Positions 25,937 to 38,395 of a stretch of DNA of 64,000 nucleotides are shown in pieces. The DNA is from Podarcis melisellensis (taxonomy: Eukaryota): the NCBI GenBank assembly GCA_964234715.1, contig OZ174284.1, one strand, 5' to 3'. Under the pieces are notes generated by a model. That model worked only from the letters and a program-made list of their open reading frames with translations, had not been told where the DNA came from and made no database searches. Within the stretch, counting starts at the first letter, position 1. Every line of letters starts with the position of its first letter. A program made the position numbers and the translations under genes.

Positions 25937-26608
25937 GTTTGCTGCTTTCCTCGCTCCCCCCAAAATGTGTTAATTCAAAAGTTCTTTCATGTTAGTATAA
26001 AGGCAGTATGTTATAACTAATGCACAGTAAGTTTTCTCCCTTCTTAGCAGCACTGCCAAGAACCAAACAATACTTACTTTCCACTCCTAGAGCTGCTATA
26101 TTCGAATCTTGACGTTGAAACTCTGTCGTTAGATTGGTATGGGAAATTTATATGTATCTGCTGGTTTTTGCACATTTTACTTTCAAGTTCATGCCTTCAA
26201 ACTGTCCTGGGAATGTTTGGCAAGGAGCAGAGGGAATAAGGGAAAGAGCATGGAGATTCAGCTGACCTCTTGAGATGCGTATCCTTGGCCCCTAAGAAAA
26301 TGGTGGTGAACCTCTGTCTTGTAGGCCTAATTTGGCCTGGAATCCCAACCTCACCTGCAAAGAGACAACTTAATAGGGCCTTGCTTTAGTGCAAGTCAGC
26401 TGATTGGCTTTGACAGCAAGCCCCTTTTGAAGGTATCGCCTGACAGCCTAATGACATCACATGATGGACATGCGGGCAGCCCCTAACCACCTGTCAAAAA
26501 TAGCTGAAGGATGGCCAGTTTCTTATCCAACCCTTGGACTGAGAAAAGGTTCCCCAAACCCTACCCTAAGAGGAATAGTTCAGCCAGCCATGCTTTACAC
26601 ACGAATAA

Positions 26609-26951
26609 GGTGGCGCTGTGGGTTAAACCACTGAGCCTAGGACTTGCTGATCAGAAGGTCGGCGGTTCGAATCCCCACGACGGGGTGAGCTCCCCTTGCT
26701 CAGTCCCTGCTCCTGCCAACCTAGCAGTTCGAAAGCACATCAAAGTGCAAGTAGATAAATAGGTACCGCTCCGGCGGGAAGGTAAATGGCGTTTCCGTGC
26801 GCTGCTCTGGTTCGCCAGAAGCGGCTTGGTCATGCTGGCCACATGACCCGGAAGCTGTACGCCGGCTCCCTCGGCCAATAAAGCGAGATGAGCGCTGCAA
26901 CCCCAGAGTCGGTCACGACTGGACCTAATAGTCAGGGGTACCTTTACCTTT
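26609..26951 (+). mobile_element. Sauria SINE
   Basis: Near-consensus body and acctttacctt tail. Confidence 0.93.
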
Positions 26952-26974
26952 TTATAAGAAGCTGTAGTATTTGT

Positions 26975-27110
26975 TTGCACTGACTGGCAGCAGCTCTCCA
27001 GGTTTTCAGTAAGGACTCCTACCTGGTGCTGCAAGGAGATGGTAGGAATTGAACCTGAGATCTTCTGCAGGGAACACATGTGCTCTGCCACTGAGCTACC
27101 ACTCTCCCTT
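26975..27110 (-). mobile_element. Old tRNA-derived squamate SINE (Squam3-like)
   Basis: Reverse complement gtagctcagtggcagagcac...caggttcaattcc shows A/B boxes. Similar pieces occur at about 22030-22170, 22715-22801 and 23786-23840. Confidence 0.6.
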
Positions 27111-27492
27111 AGCTTAATGTGTGACATTTTTGAGCAGAACAATTCGTTCTCCCATCCACCAACCCCTTCTTCAAATATTTTGTAGGGCAGGCAAGCATTG
27201 ATCCAGATTGAAACCCTGGTGTAAGGAGAGGTACATAGGAATAACCCTCTGTCTTCCAGTGCAGACTGGATCATGCAATTAAAATTGCACTTGAAGGCCA
27301 CGTGACTGGTGTAACATGTAGTTTTCCCATGAGATGCCACAAAACATCAGATGCATGTTGCACTGTGGGTGACTGACCACATTCAGTGCTCTGTTTCTGT
27401 GTTTTGGAACATTAACCTGACACATACAGAAATCCCAGCATTTTCAGTGGTGATAGCCTCATTATTTGGGCATACATTTGAAAATTTCAGTA

Positions 27493-27751
27493 CAGTCATA
27501 CCTCTTCTTAAGAACGCTTCATGTTGTGTTTTTTCGGGTTAAGAACAGGGCAAACCCGGAAATGTTTACTTCTGGGTTTTGCTGCATGCGCAGAAGCATT
27601 CTGCGTGGTTCACACATGCGCAGAAGCGTTTTGTGCGGTTCGCGCATGCGCAGAAGCGTTCTATCACGCTTCGCACTGCTCTGGTTGCGGACTTTTTGGG
27701 GTGCAAATGGCACCCCAGAATGGATCGTGTCCGCAACCAGAGGTACCACTG
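27493..27751. mobile_element. Tigger-like MITE with three catgcgcagaagc units
   Basis: TIRs cagtcatacctc / gaggtaccactg, TA flanks, internal repeats of about 30 bp. Confidence 0.85.
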
Positions 27752-29517
27752 TAAAAGATAAATTAAAAAAAGGAATGCAGCGCTTGGCTCTTCAAACCAA
27801 AAGTTGTAAAGTACAGAGGAGGGGAGGCCGAAATTTTGCTTTGCTGAATGATTACTATTGATTAGATTATTAGGGTACTATTACATTTGTGTCAATGGAT
27901 ATTTTTATTCTGAAATTCACAAATGACCATTCCAATGAATAAGGGGGGAAATCAAACAAGATGCAGGCAGGGATTTATTAACTGCTGGGGTTTATGTACT
28001 TTTAAAAGTAAGTAAATTCATAGGAACAAACAGCAGAAAATAAATACAGTTATCTAAAAGAGGTAATAATTTTGGAGGCAGGGGGACAGAGAAACCCATG
28101 AAACCCGATTAGTTAATTTTTACTTCACAAACAAACTGAAGGTAATGTGATTAAAAGCTTATTTTTCCTTGTGTCTGGTCGCATCACAGTGCTGGATAGT
28201 CCTATCACACTTTGTTTGAACTGGTAAATTGAAATATTGTAATGCTTAGGTAGGAGATGACCTTCCCTTCCCTTTGAAAATGCAACTTATTAAAAACTGG
28301 AATTATCACTAGCAAGATAAAAAAAAAAGTGGTTGAAAAAATATTTTGCAGGTCCTTTCTGTGTATCTATTATACATGTTCTAGTTATCTCTTTGGCTTC
28401 ATTCTCAAGGTGAGATCCTAAGGGCCAAGTGTTTCCTTCCATGTGTTCACTGCAAGTTCTTGCCACCAAAATTCTTTCCTGTACAATCATCTTGTAACCT
28501 AGAAATAAGACCCTCAGGAACCACACAAGGGCCTTCAGTTAGAAGGTGAAAATAGGGATATTTCCCACACACGCATGGAAGGGAGCACTTAAGGCCTGTG
28601 TTCACAGACAGCACATACATGCATCTTTTTGATTGGGCAGAATGTTCACATCATGACACTGTTTCTTTGCCTTTTGGCTAAGATCAAGTGTGGTATCATA
28701 ACCAGATGATGTCCATTATTTGGATTGTTGGTCTTCATGACTTTATGACTCAGAAGATCCAGATTGTTGTAAGGGGATTACATAAAGCCAGTCTTTCCAA
28801 AAAATGTATTTATTGTATGAGGAATGTTACAATAGCAATAATAGCAATTATTTCCGTTGTTGTTGTTATTTTATTTATACCCCACTCATCTGGCTGGGTT
28901 TCCCAGGAATATTAATATTTTAGGAGCTTATCACATTTTGAGAAACGCTACTTGAATAGGTGATTCATTCATTATTTAAAACCATTTATATTTCACTTTC
29001 AAACTAAAGAAAAATGATCAATTAGTCAGCCAAGTCTTGTGTAATTTTGGTCCAGAAAAACCAAGAAATTGCCAGATGTATCTTTTGGGGCCAGTCTTGC
29101 TCCAGCATTTTTAGACATGCCAGCACCCTTCTCTGATTCCACCCTGTTGCCAACACTGTTTCAACCCTCATCACAGTGAGTTGGGGTGAGATTTGGTGAA
29201 GCCAGAATCTCAAAGCTCCTCATGACCTTCACAAAAGATAGTGAGATCAGAAGGGCCAATAAAACTTACTTCTCCACAATTTTGTGATTCTAAGCACAGT
29301 TAGTTCAAAGTGAACCCAGTTGGCTTTGGTCAACCCTTTTAAAGCAAATGTTCTTAGAATTGCAGCCTTAATCTGGAAAAATAAAAAAGTTCCATTTTTT
29401 TTAAATTCTTTTTATTAATTTTCAATAACCAAACAAAGAAAACAGATAAACAAAACAAAAAAGAAATAACACAATCGTTCCAGTTTTAAAAGGAGAATGA
29501 ATTTTGTTTCATACCAG

Positions 29518-29673
29518 GTATGGGATGGCACAAAATGTCCCTTTTCGTATTGGAAGGTGGTTGTTACAGAAGGTGACCTTGAAGGTGACAGTGTTCTCAT
29601 TCATCGACTAAGAAACCTGATAGTGGATGTTGTCATTTACGATAATCATGTGCAGTTGGCAAAATCACTGAAG
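29518..29673 (+). CDS. POT1: POT1 exon, OB2 (VWDGTKCPF...YDNHVQLAKSLK)
   Basis: 156 nt, CAG acceptor and GTAAGT donor. VWDGT and YDNH motifs. Confidence 0.97.
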
Positions 29674-29989
29674 GTAAGTCCTCAGCAGTGCTTTACGTTA
29701 TGTGTGTGATCTTACCAGAAGCTAGCTACCCAGCTCTGTATGTATTTAAACTGTGTACTTTTATCTTGTTTAATCCTCCTAGTAAGTCAAACCTTCTAAC
29801 CCACCCCCCGCCCACAAAAGACTAATTGCTTTAATATGCCACATATAAGTGGTCTCCTAATTAAGCAGCTTTATTCCAGATATTGTGGTATCATGCAGTT
29901 GTGAACATATGCGAAATGTCTTCCGTGACTTTAAATTATTTCTTGTAAATGAGATAAAACATAGTTTAATTTGTAGTCCCCATTATAAG

Positions 29990-31440
29990 CAATATTTTTA
30001 TACTCTTTAAAAGCCTATTGCTCATTAAAACTGCCATTAATAACTGTTTGAATGTGCAGTCCACCATTTCTTAAGTGGCTTTGCAATATTGATAATTTTC
30101 AAGGAATGAGAACAGTTTTAACTAACGTTGCTGAAGTGTATCTTGGCAATTTTGTGCTCAGCCCCCTGTCCTTAGTTGCTCTAACCTGCAGAGCTTAGTA
30201 TACTCCTCGAAGGCATTTAGCCTGCGCCAGTATGTCAAATAGGCTAGATCAATTCTGGCTGCATTTAGCCTGCGCCAGTATGTCTAATAGGCTAGATCAA
30301 TTCTGGCTGCAAGAGAGAGGAGGCCCAACTTGGCTCTGAGGTGGGCTGCTGGTGTCCCACAGGGAAGCCCCCAAATCTGCCTCATAAATTTATTTTGTAG
30401 GATCTCTATTTCAGATTTAACACCAGTTCCCCATATCTCAGCCCCGTAGAGCATTTGGGCTATGATTTTAGAGACAAAGCTCTTAATAGCTGGGTTGATT
30501 AGCTGCCCGTCATTTGAATAAAAGGTAAAGGTACCCCTGCCCGTACAGGCCAGTCTTGACAGACTCTGGGGTTGTGCGCCCATCTCACTCAAGAGGCCAG
30601 GGGCCAGCGCTGTCCGGAGACACTTCCGGGTCACGTGGCCAGCGTGACAAAGCTGCATCTGGCGAGCCAGAGCCGCACACGGAAACGCCGTTTACCTTCC
30701 CGCTGGTAAGCGGTCCCTATTTATCTACTTGCACCCGGAGGTGCTTTCGAACTGCTAGGTTGGCAGGCGCTGGGACCGAGCAGCGGGAGCGCACCCCGCC
30801 GCAGGGATTCGAACAGCCGACCTTTCGATCGGCAAGTCCTAGGCACTGAGGCTTTAACCCACAGCGCCACCTGCGTCCCGTCATTTGAATGGAAGAACCT
30901 ATATAGCTGCCCAGTAGAATGATCAGATATTAGCTTAATTGCTTCCAGATGGGGTTTCCATGATGACTTCCAATCAATAAGTAATCCTAGATATTTAAAT
31001 CTGGGTACTTGTTCTAGGGTGTGACCGTCTAGAGCTCACCTGGACTTGGTAGTTCTCTTTCCAAATACAGTGACCTTGGTTTTATCATAGTTAATTTTTA
31101 GTAGATGCTCTTTTTTGCACAACTGTCCAAATTTAACCAGTATCCTTTTAAATATGATTTTGTTCTGAGATAACAAAATTTAAGTCGTCGGCATAGAGCA
31201 GATTTGGCACTTTACGATTCCCAAGGGTGGGGGCAAAAAAGGAGGGGATGCAATATCAGGGATTATTTATATAGTAATTAAATTGGAAGGGTGCCAGTAT
31301 ACATCCTTGTTGACACCTCTGTTAGTTAGAATTGCCTGTGAGAGGCCCAGTCTCACTTGCATGAGGTCCCCTTGATGCAGTTGTTGGATGAGCCACAGAA
31401 GTCTTTTATTGATATTTGAATGGGCCCCCCAACTGGTTGT
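29990..31440 (-). mobile_element. Degenerate non-LTR retrotransposon RT fragment (RTEX-like)
   Basis: Minus-strand motifs QGCILAP, LLYADD, KINYDKTKV, FKYLG and LYGAEIWG...LQNKFMRQIWGLP, with frameshifts and stops. Clade assignment and ends are approximate. Confidence 0.75.
30520..30879 (-). mobile_element. Sauria SINE, third (divergent) subfamily, nested in the LINE
   Basis: TSD gtcatttgaat (30509-30519 / 30880-30890), CpG-rich. Confidence 0.93.
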
Positions 31441-32430
31441 TCCATATAAATACTTCCTATGTACAGACTTTCTTTACAACTTAATGATAAGATGCTTCTC
31501 ATTATACACTGTGCTCACCATGTCAGAGCTGTGTATTAAGAATTCCCCGAGACCTCCAGGTATAGGGCGGTATATAAATTCTATTATTATTATTATCATT
31601 ACTACAGTAATAATTCCAAACATGGACAGAGAACGCTGGAAGGGATAGAAATTATACAGCTCAAAGAAAAGCCATTTGCTTCCTTTCTCTGTCCTCTCTT
31701 CTCCCAGGGCCTTAGGCAAGCTGCCCCAGTAGGCTCTGGCAGTGCCACGTTGCCAAAATATACCCTGGCATCATCTTGGCAACTGCATCACCCCCATTAG
31801 GGTTACTGGGCAGGAGCATGCAAGAACTTTAGAGCCCGTTGCTGAAAAGTGCCAGAGGGCTGCAGCGCTGCCTTTTTCATTTGTCTGCAACTCCTCAGGG
31901 CCCCGACACAATGTCACTGTTAGGGAACAGGGCTCAAGCCATAGTGGGGCAGGTGGATAATAATCAATAGAAAAAAGACAGTCACGGAATTGAGAAATTG
32001 CACAAAACAAATGAAATACCGTGAAAATCCCTGAAACGAGAAGTAATCGACTAGAAATATTATCTTGTGGAAATCAACTAAATAATAAAAATCAAAAAGC
32101 TTAAGGAAAAAATTAGAACCTAAAATAGAACAAAACTTTAACGGGATGCTGGCTACAAACCTCATTTCACTGAACTATTTAGTTTCCTCAGAAGGAAATA
32201 GAAAAATCATAAACTTTAAATGACCAAAATTCAAACATGGCCCAGGTGTTACTGCAGCGTTTCAGCCCTGTTCTTGAGTTTGTTTTAAATCTAAAACAGC
32301 TTTATCTAGTATTTCTTTCAATTTGTGCCATTTAGGTTTTTAAACCTTTTTGTAAAAGCAGGACTAGAATTTTCATAGTGGGACAGGCGGGCATAAAGAT
32401 AGCAAACATTTGCAGCTGCCAAGCTCAGTA

Positions 32431-32655
32431 CAGTAATACCTTGGTTCTTGAACGGCTTAGTTGCCAAATGCCGCAAACCCGGAAGTAAGTGTTCTGGTTT
32501 GCAAACGTTTTTCAGAAGCCGAACATCTGACGCAGCTTCCACTTGAGTGCAGGAAGCTCCTGCAGCCAATCGGAAGCCGCACCTTCATTTTGAACGGTTT
32601 CGGGAGTCGAATGGACGTCCGGAACAGATTAAGTTCAAGAACCAAGGTCTTACTT
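32431..32655. mobile_element. Tigger-like MITE
   Basis: cagtaataccttggttcttgaac...gttcaagaaccaagg, related to the 21719 and 53676 copies. Confidence 0.8.
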
Positions 32656-32902
32656 TACTTCCCTTTCCAGTGCCAGAATCTAATGTTCAGTACAGGATGT
32701 GTGCATCAGCACCAGTGTGCTATGCCACTTGCTTATGCTAGATGTCTTGCTCTACTTATTGCTTCATTTAGCAGGAGGCAGCGTTTCTGCTCCCTCCAGC
32801 CTTTTCTGCTTCTTCTGGGAATGGGACATGGTTCTTGCATGGTAGCAAGCCTCTGTCATTAATTTTGTGTTGCCTTTCCAAACTGGAATATACATGTTAA
32901 AC

Positions 32903-34098
32903 TGGCGCTTGGGGGGGAATTGTCATCGCGCCACTCCTTGGTGTGTGGAGTACCTCAGGGTGCGATACTCTCCCCGATGCTTTTCAACATTTTTATGCGC
33001 CCCCTCGCCCAGCTTGTCCGGAGTTTTGGGCTGGGTTGCCATCAGTATGCTGATGACACCCAGCTCTATCTGTTGATGGATGGCCATCCTGACTCGGCCC
33101 CAGACACACTGACCAGATGTTTGGAAGCTGTGGCTGGATGGTTACGTGGGAGCCGGTTGAAGCTAAATCCTTCGAAGACAGAGGTCCTGTGGCTGGGACG
33201 GGACGATATGGGATTGGGGGGCCAACTCCCATCTCTTGCGGGGGTGCAATTAGTGCCAGCACCGTCCGTTAAGAGTTTGGGTGTAATCTTCGACACCTCT
33301 CTTTCCATGGAGGCGCAGATTGCAGCTATAACAAAGGCAGCATTTTTTCATCTCCGCCAAGCTAAGCAGTTGGCTCCTTACCTCTCTCGCCCTGACCTAG
33401 CCACTGTGATCCATGCGACGGTCACCTCCAGACTGGATTATTGTAACTCACTCTACGTGGGGCTGCCCTTGAGACTGACCCAGAAACTCCAGCGGGTGCA
33501 GAATGCTGCAGCGAGACTCCTTACGGGGTCTTCGCTGCGAGACCACATTCACCCGGTGCTATACCAGCTGCACTGGCTCCCGGTGGAGTACAGGATCAGG
33601 TTTAAGGTGCTGGTTTTAACCTTTAAAGCCCTATACGGCCTAGGACCCTCGTACCTACGGGACCGCCTCTCCTGGTATGCCCCACAGAGAAACTTACGGT
33701 CTTCAAATAAAAACATCTTGAAGGTCCCAGGCCACAGAGAAGTTAGGCTGGCCTCAACTAGAGCCAGGGCTTTTTCGGCTGTGGCTCCGATCTGGTGGAA
33801 CGCTCTGTCACTAGAGACTAGGGCCCTGCGGGACTTGACATCTTTCCGCAGGGCCTGCAAGACAGAGCTGTTCCACCAGGCCTTTGGCCAGGGCACAGCC
33901 TGACTCCCTCCCTCGGCAATCTTTGTGGAGCTCTGGCACAATGGTTGCCAGTGGCTTGATTTGAATCAATTTTATAATGCATGATTTTAGAGTGTTGTTT
34001 GTGCTGTACTTTTGTACTGTTTTATTGTTGTTAGCCGCCCTGAGCCCGGCTTCGGCTGGGGAGGGCGGGATATAAATAAAATTATTATTATTATTATT
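32903..34098 (+). mobile_element. Young 5'-truncated L2-clade LINE with uninterrupted ORF2 C-terminus (32920-33903)
   Basis: GVPQGAILSP, YADD, LNPSKTE, SRLDYCN and LHWLPV..RI.FK motifs, 3' stem-loop region and (TTA)n tail, CpGs retained. Confidence 0.93.
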
Positions 34099-36520
34099 TT
34101 CCTGAACAAAGGCCACAGCCATAGGGGTGGTTTTTAACCTCTTTTCTGCATTTGAAATTTATTCAGGATTGAGTTGCTGTGTAAATTGTTGGTCAAATGG
34201 CAGGTGACTCTACTCAATAGCATCATGTTCATTTTTGCAGTAACAGCTGGAGTTTGGAAATGGTGGTTTAACGTATAAATCTGCTTTGTGCTTTCTTGCT
34301 GCCACAAAGACAATAGCGACGTCTGTATGAAAACGACATGTTTAATTTTATTTTTAAATTATACATATTTGAAAACTTGGTGCTCAGTGCGAAGGCACAT
34401 AAGAAGCAGAAAACATGGGGAAACTGGGTGGTGGAAGTACATTATGTTTCACTTAATAACAGCACAGTGTGAAATTTATATCGCTGTGTTCCTGCCAACA
34501 GCAGTTTGTCTTAAAACACTGCATATTTTTTCCATTGAATGCAATACAAAACTTTAATTTCACTAAATTGCATGCTACTTGAATGGTAAATTATGTTGCT
34601 GCTTTTTATTTGCTACTGATGAAAATAGGTTAGTGGTATTGATGGCTATATTTACATTTCAGGTCTTGTATGTTTCCCAGCCTCGTGTTGCATGGCACCT
34701 GGATATGCTGTGCACCAGAATAATACTTATTTGTTTTAGTATTTGTAGACCATGCTTCAGCATAAGCTCATGCTGTATACAGATGTTAGTATTTATGTAT
34801 CATTGGTAAAGGCCGCTTGTAGCCAACACCTTCCCAGTCCCATCCCAGACAGCAAGGCCAGTAGTCAAAGGTGATTAGATTTGTGGTCCATTGCATCTGG
34901 AAGACCTCTCCAGTCTTTTTAGACCAGCAGGGCCATTTTGAATTTTCAGAAAATGTTGTGGGCTCCACTCACAAAATAGCTGCAGTGGGGACTTGGCCCT
35001 AATGCAACATGGGGCATGGCTTAGTACAAAATGAGAGAGAAGGCACCAGACAACCTCCATGGGAATTCAGCTGTGTCCTGCTGGTTCTAAATGTGGAGAT
35101 TGCACAATATTATCATAGAATTGTAGGGTTGGAATGGCCATCTGGGCCAACTTCCTGAAAGGCAGGAATCTCAACTAAAGCATCCATTCCTCACTCACCC
35201 TGCAATGGTCTGAGGCCATTCCATGCCCACTGAGTGCGCTCAGTCCTTCAACTGTTTTGCGTGCATGGGTTCCCCCTTTTTAGCTTCAACCAAAGAGAAC
35301 ATGGCTGGCTGGCTGGCTGGCTGGAGCAGCGATCCTGCCAAGTATACTCCACACTGCCAAATTTTGTTTGACATCCCACTTAATGTAACTGTAGTAACAA
35401 CCTGAGCTAACTCTTCTGTCTGGCATTTGGGCAAGCATTTGCAGAATAGCACTGGTGGTTATTGTCTTTGCATCCAACCCAATTTTTATATGGATGTTTA
35501 AACATAAAACTAGCTTGCTTTTGTGTGTGTGGGTGTCTGCAGACTCATGATTAGAATTTGCTCTTTACAAACCAGAAGTATACAATGCTGCCCTCCAACG
35601 GAAAATTCTTATATTGCACATACTGTTACATGACTACAGCCTCTGCTCATTTGCTGGGCTATGTTATGAGATTGTGAACATTTTTTTTAAAAAAAAAACT
35701 GATTGCATCAGCTTTGCTTAATTAGACTTAAACAAGACATAGCAAAAAAGATACATACAAAACATATATTTCTATTAGAAATAAAATATAATTTTATTAT
35801 TTTATAGTTTGAACAATTATTCTTTCATAATCGTGAATTCTCAATGTTGCACAGCAAGTATCTTCCGAAACTGAGTGGAGCTTCAAAAGCAGTTCATGTT
35901 GTGGGGCTTCTACTATTTAAAAATGGGGAGGCATTAAAATGGAGTGCTGGATGTGATTAAAGAAGCTCTTCAGTTACTTATCCATCTCCTGGAAAAAAGT
36001 AAAGAGAAGCCAGGCCAGCAGATTCCAGTTAGGCTCCAGAAGGCCAAGTCCCCACCCTGTAAGAGCAACAACCTCCTGCTGCAGACCCCTCAAGGAGGGC
36101 AGAGCAACCAAGCCTTTTCTCAAGGGCCCAACCAGGCCTGGTTTTAGAACTTTGAGCAATCTGCTTCCACCCCAGTTGATTAATATGAGAACCTGGTAAC
36201 ATAAGTTTGCTTGATTTAATCTTCCCTTCTCTCCCCCCTTTTTTAGATTGCACTAGTTGGTGGTTACCAGTTAAATTGATGTGTAAGCTGTTTGGGGAGC
36301 CTTTCTGGCTGAAGAGTCCAATATAAATGCTTTGAATAAATGAAGTTCTATAGGCTAGGGTCCAGAGGATTACTTTGCCAGGGTAGCAAACATGGTGCCC
36401 CCTACCACCACCGGTTTTGTTGAATTACAGTGCCCATCCTGACCGTTGGACCTGTTGTCTGAGGATGATCAGATGTTGCTGAGCTACAGCTCCAGCAGCT
36501 TATCCTGCAAAGCCCAAAAG

Positions 36521-36581
36521 CAGGCATAGGCAAACTCCAGCCCTCCCAAACATCTGGAGGGCTGGAGTTTGCCTATGCCTG
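36521..36581. mobile_element. 61-bp minimal hAT MITE
   Basis: Perfect 26-bp inverted arms, 9-nt spacer, perfect TSD cccaaaag. Confidence 0.92.
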
Positions 36582-37890
36582 CCCAAAAGTTTCAGGGAGA
36601 TTATCTCCACTTTCCATGCACCAGTAGGACTTCAACCTCCCTCGTCCTATTGAGTGACAGAAACCTATGCCAAACTGCTTATGAAATCCCCCTTGGCTTT
36701 TAGAGATGTTTGTATGCCACAAGGGGGAAATGCTACATTTAGTTGGCATCCCCTTATACACATGGAACTAATTGCATGGTTCTTTGCCTCAAGAGACATA
36801 GATTTTGATAGAGACAAACCTCTCTCTCTGAGTTATGCTGCCATAAGATATGCTTTAATAACATTGCTGCAAACTTCCATTTTCAAGGCCTGCCCGGTAG
36901 CTATAAAGATCACCCTTTAAGGATATTTATTTTGTTCAACCGCAGGAATTGTCCATAAAGTAGGATTTTGGAGTAAAAGAGGCCAGTTACTCAAAATCCA
37001 AGCGTCCTAATTTTTATGTGGTTTTATCTCTGCGAGGCAGGGCATTCTGATCTCACTGAAATGCAGGAAGTGTCTGTGATACATTAACACCATCTAATGG
37101 ATGTTAAAGGAAGCAGCAGTAGCTTTGAGAGAGATCCCTTGGCATGGTGCTAAAAGAAAAAGGGGGATATTCACCTTTATTTAGGTGACTAAGAATCCAC
37201 CACAACAATAAATAAACATCTCCAGTTAATTAATAAATGTTTGCTAAACACCACCCCTGACCATTGGCCTTGCTTGTCCAACAACAACTAGAGGCCCATG
37301 GGTTCCTATAGGAACTGTTGGAAGCTGACTTGAGAGAAGGAAGTTGAATGAAAAATTTGCAGACTGCTGCTAGATACATAAAAGACAGGGCCTTTTCTAT
37401 TGCACCCTGGCTGTGAATCTTATCCACAACTATAGAGATTCAGTTGGTCCTTTCTCCTTTAAGTTTTAGGTGAGCTTTTATTTTGTTTAACTGACTGTCT
37501 ACTGTGGGGTGAAAATTCTGCACCCCTGTTTTTATACTGAGTTGTTTTATCCTGCTTCTGGTTTTAACATGCAAAATCAATTTTAGTAATTTGAACTGTT
37601 TTATGGTGTGCTAATGTATTTTACGTTTCTTTTTTGTAAGCTATTCTGAGTTTATTTTCTAAAGGGTGGTGCGATATAAACTCATGTGGTATTTTATTTT
37701 ATTGATGTGCTGGTTTTGAACAAAAAGTTCTGAAAGCAGTTTGTATGCTAAAAAGGAGGCAACATGTTCAGAAAAGTTGTCTCTGGCACAGCGCGGTCTA
37801 GTTGCACGGCATCATCTTCCTTAACTCTCTTTTATAGATGAAAACGAGTTTTATTTTACCTTCTGAAATAACTGTTTTATATATTTCAAG

Positions 37891-38054
37891 GTTGGAAGCT
37901 TTATTAGATTGTACAGTTTGCATGCAAAATTCCAAAGTCGGGAAGGTGAGCCTAATGTTTCATATCTGCAATTTCATCTTCATGGTGGTACCACGTACGG
38001 CCGTGGGATTACAAGCCTGCCGGAAGGCCACGCCGATGTTGAGGATCTAAAGAA
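37891..38054 (+). CDS. POT1: POT1 exon, OB2 ([11 protein letters not shown]...[13 protein letters not shown]...DVEDLK)
   Basis: 164 nt, AG/GTAAGT. FHLHGGT-x-YGRG motif. Confidence 0.97.
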
Positions 38055-38075
38055 GTAAGTAAATAGAATTCAAGA

Positions 38076-38242
38076 TAGGGTTGTGCCATATGCCCAAAAT
38101 TTCCCAGACATAGTTGGAATACTGCAGTCGGAAGCAGTGTCCAGGCAGAAATCGCAAAAAGGTCCCAGGAAATCTGGACGTATGGCAGCCCATGTTGCTT
38201 TTCATGATTTCCCTAAATTGCTCAACAACTTTGGCAACCCTA
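38076..38242. mobile_element. hAT (Blackjack-like) MITE
   Basis: Ends tagggttg...tggcaacccta, perfect TSD attcaaga (38068-38075 / 38243-38250). Confidence 0.85.
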
Positions 38243-38395
38243 ATTCAAGACAGCTGTCATTTGGAAGAAGAGTAGGGAATGAGAGAAGCCTTCATGTTAC
38301 TAATGGTCAGCCTTTGCTTCCCAGTAATCTGAGTGATGGTTACTTCTAAACTCTAGATGCATGCTATTTTAATGAATCAATATGCATAAGATTCA

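Noticed and set aside
26651-27340. 229-aa minus-strand ORF and the recurring ASMTKPLLANQSSARKR peptides
   Set aside because: Antisense translation of Sauria SINE copies, not a gene family.
27570-27670. Spaced ~30-bp repeats resembling a CRISPR array
   Set aside because: Vertebrate DNA. The repeats are internal to a TA-flanked MITE and lack unique spacers.
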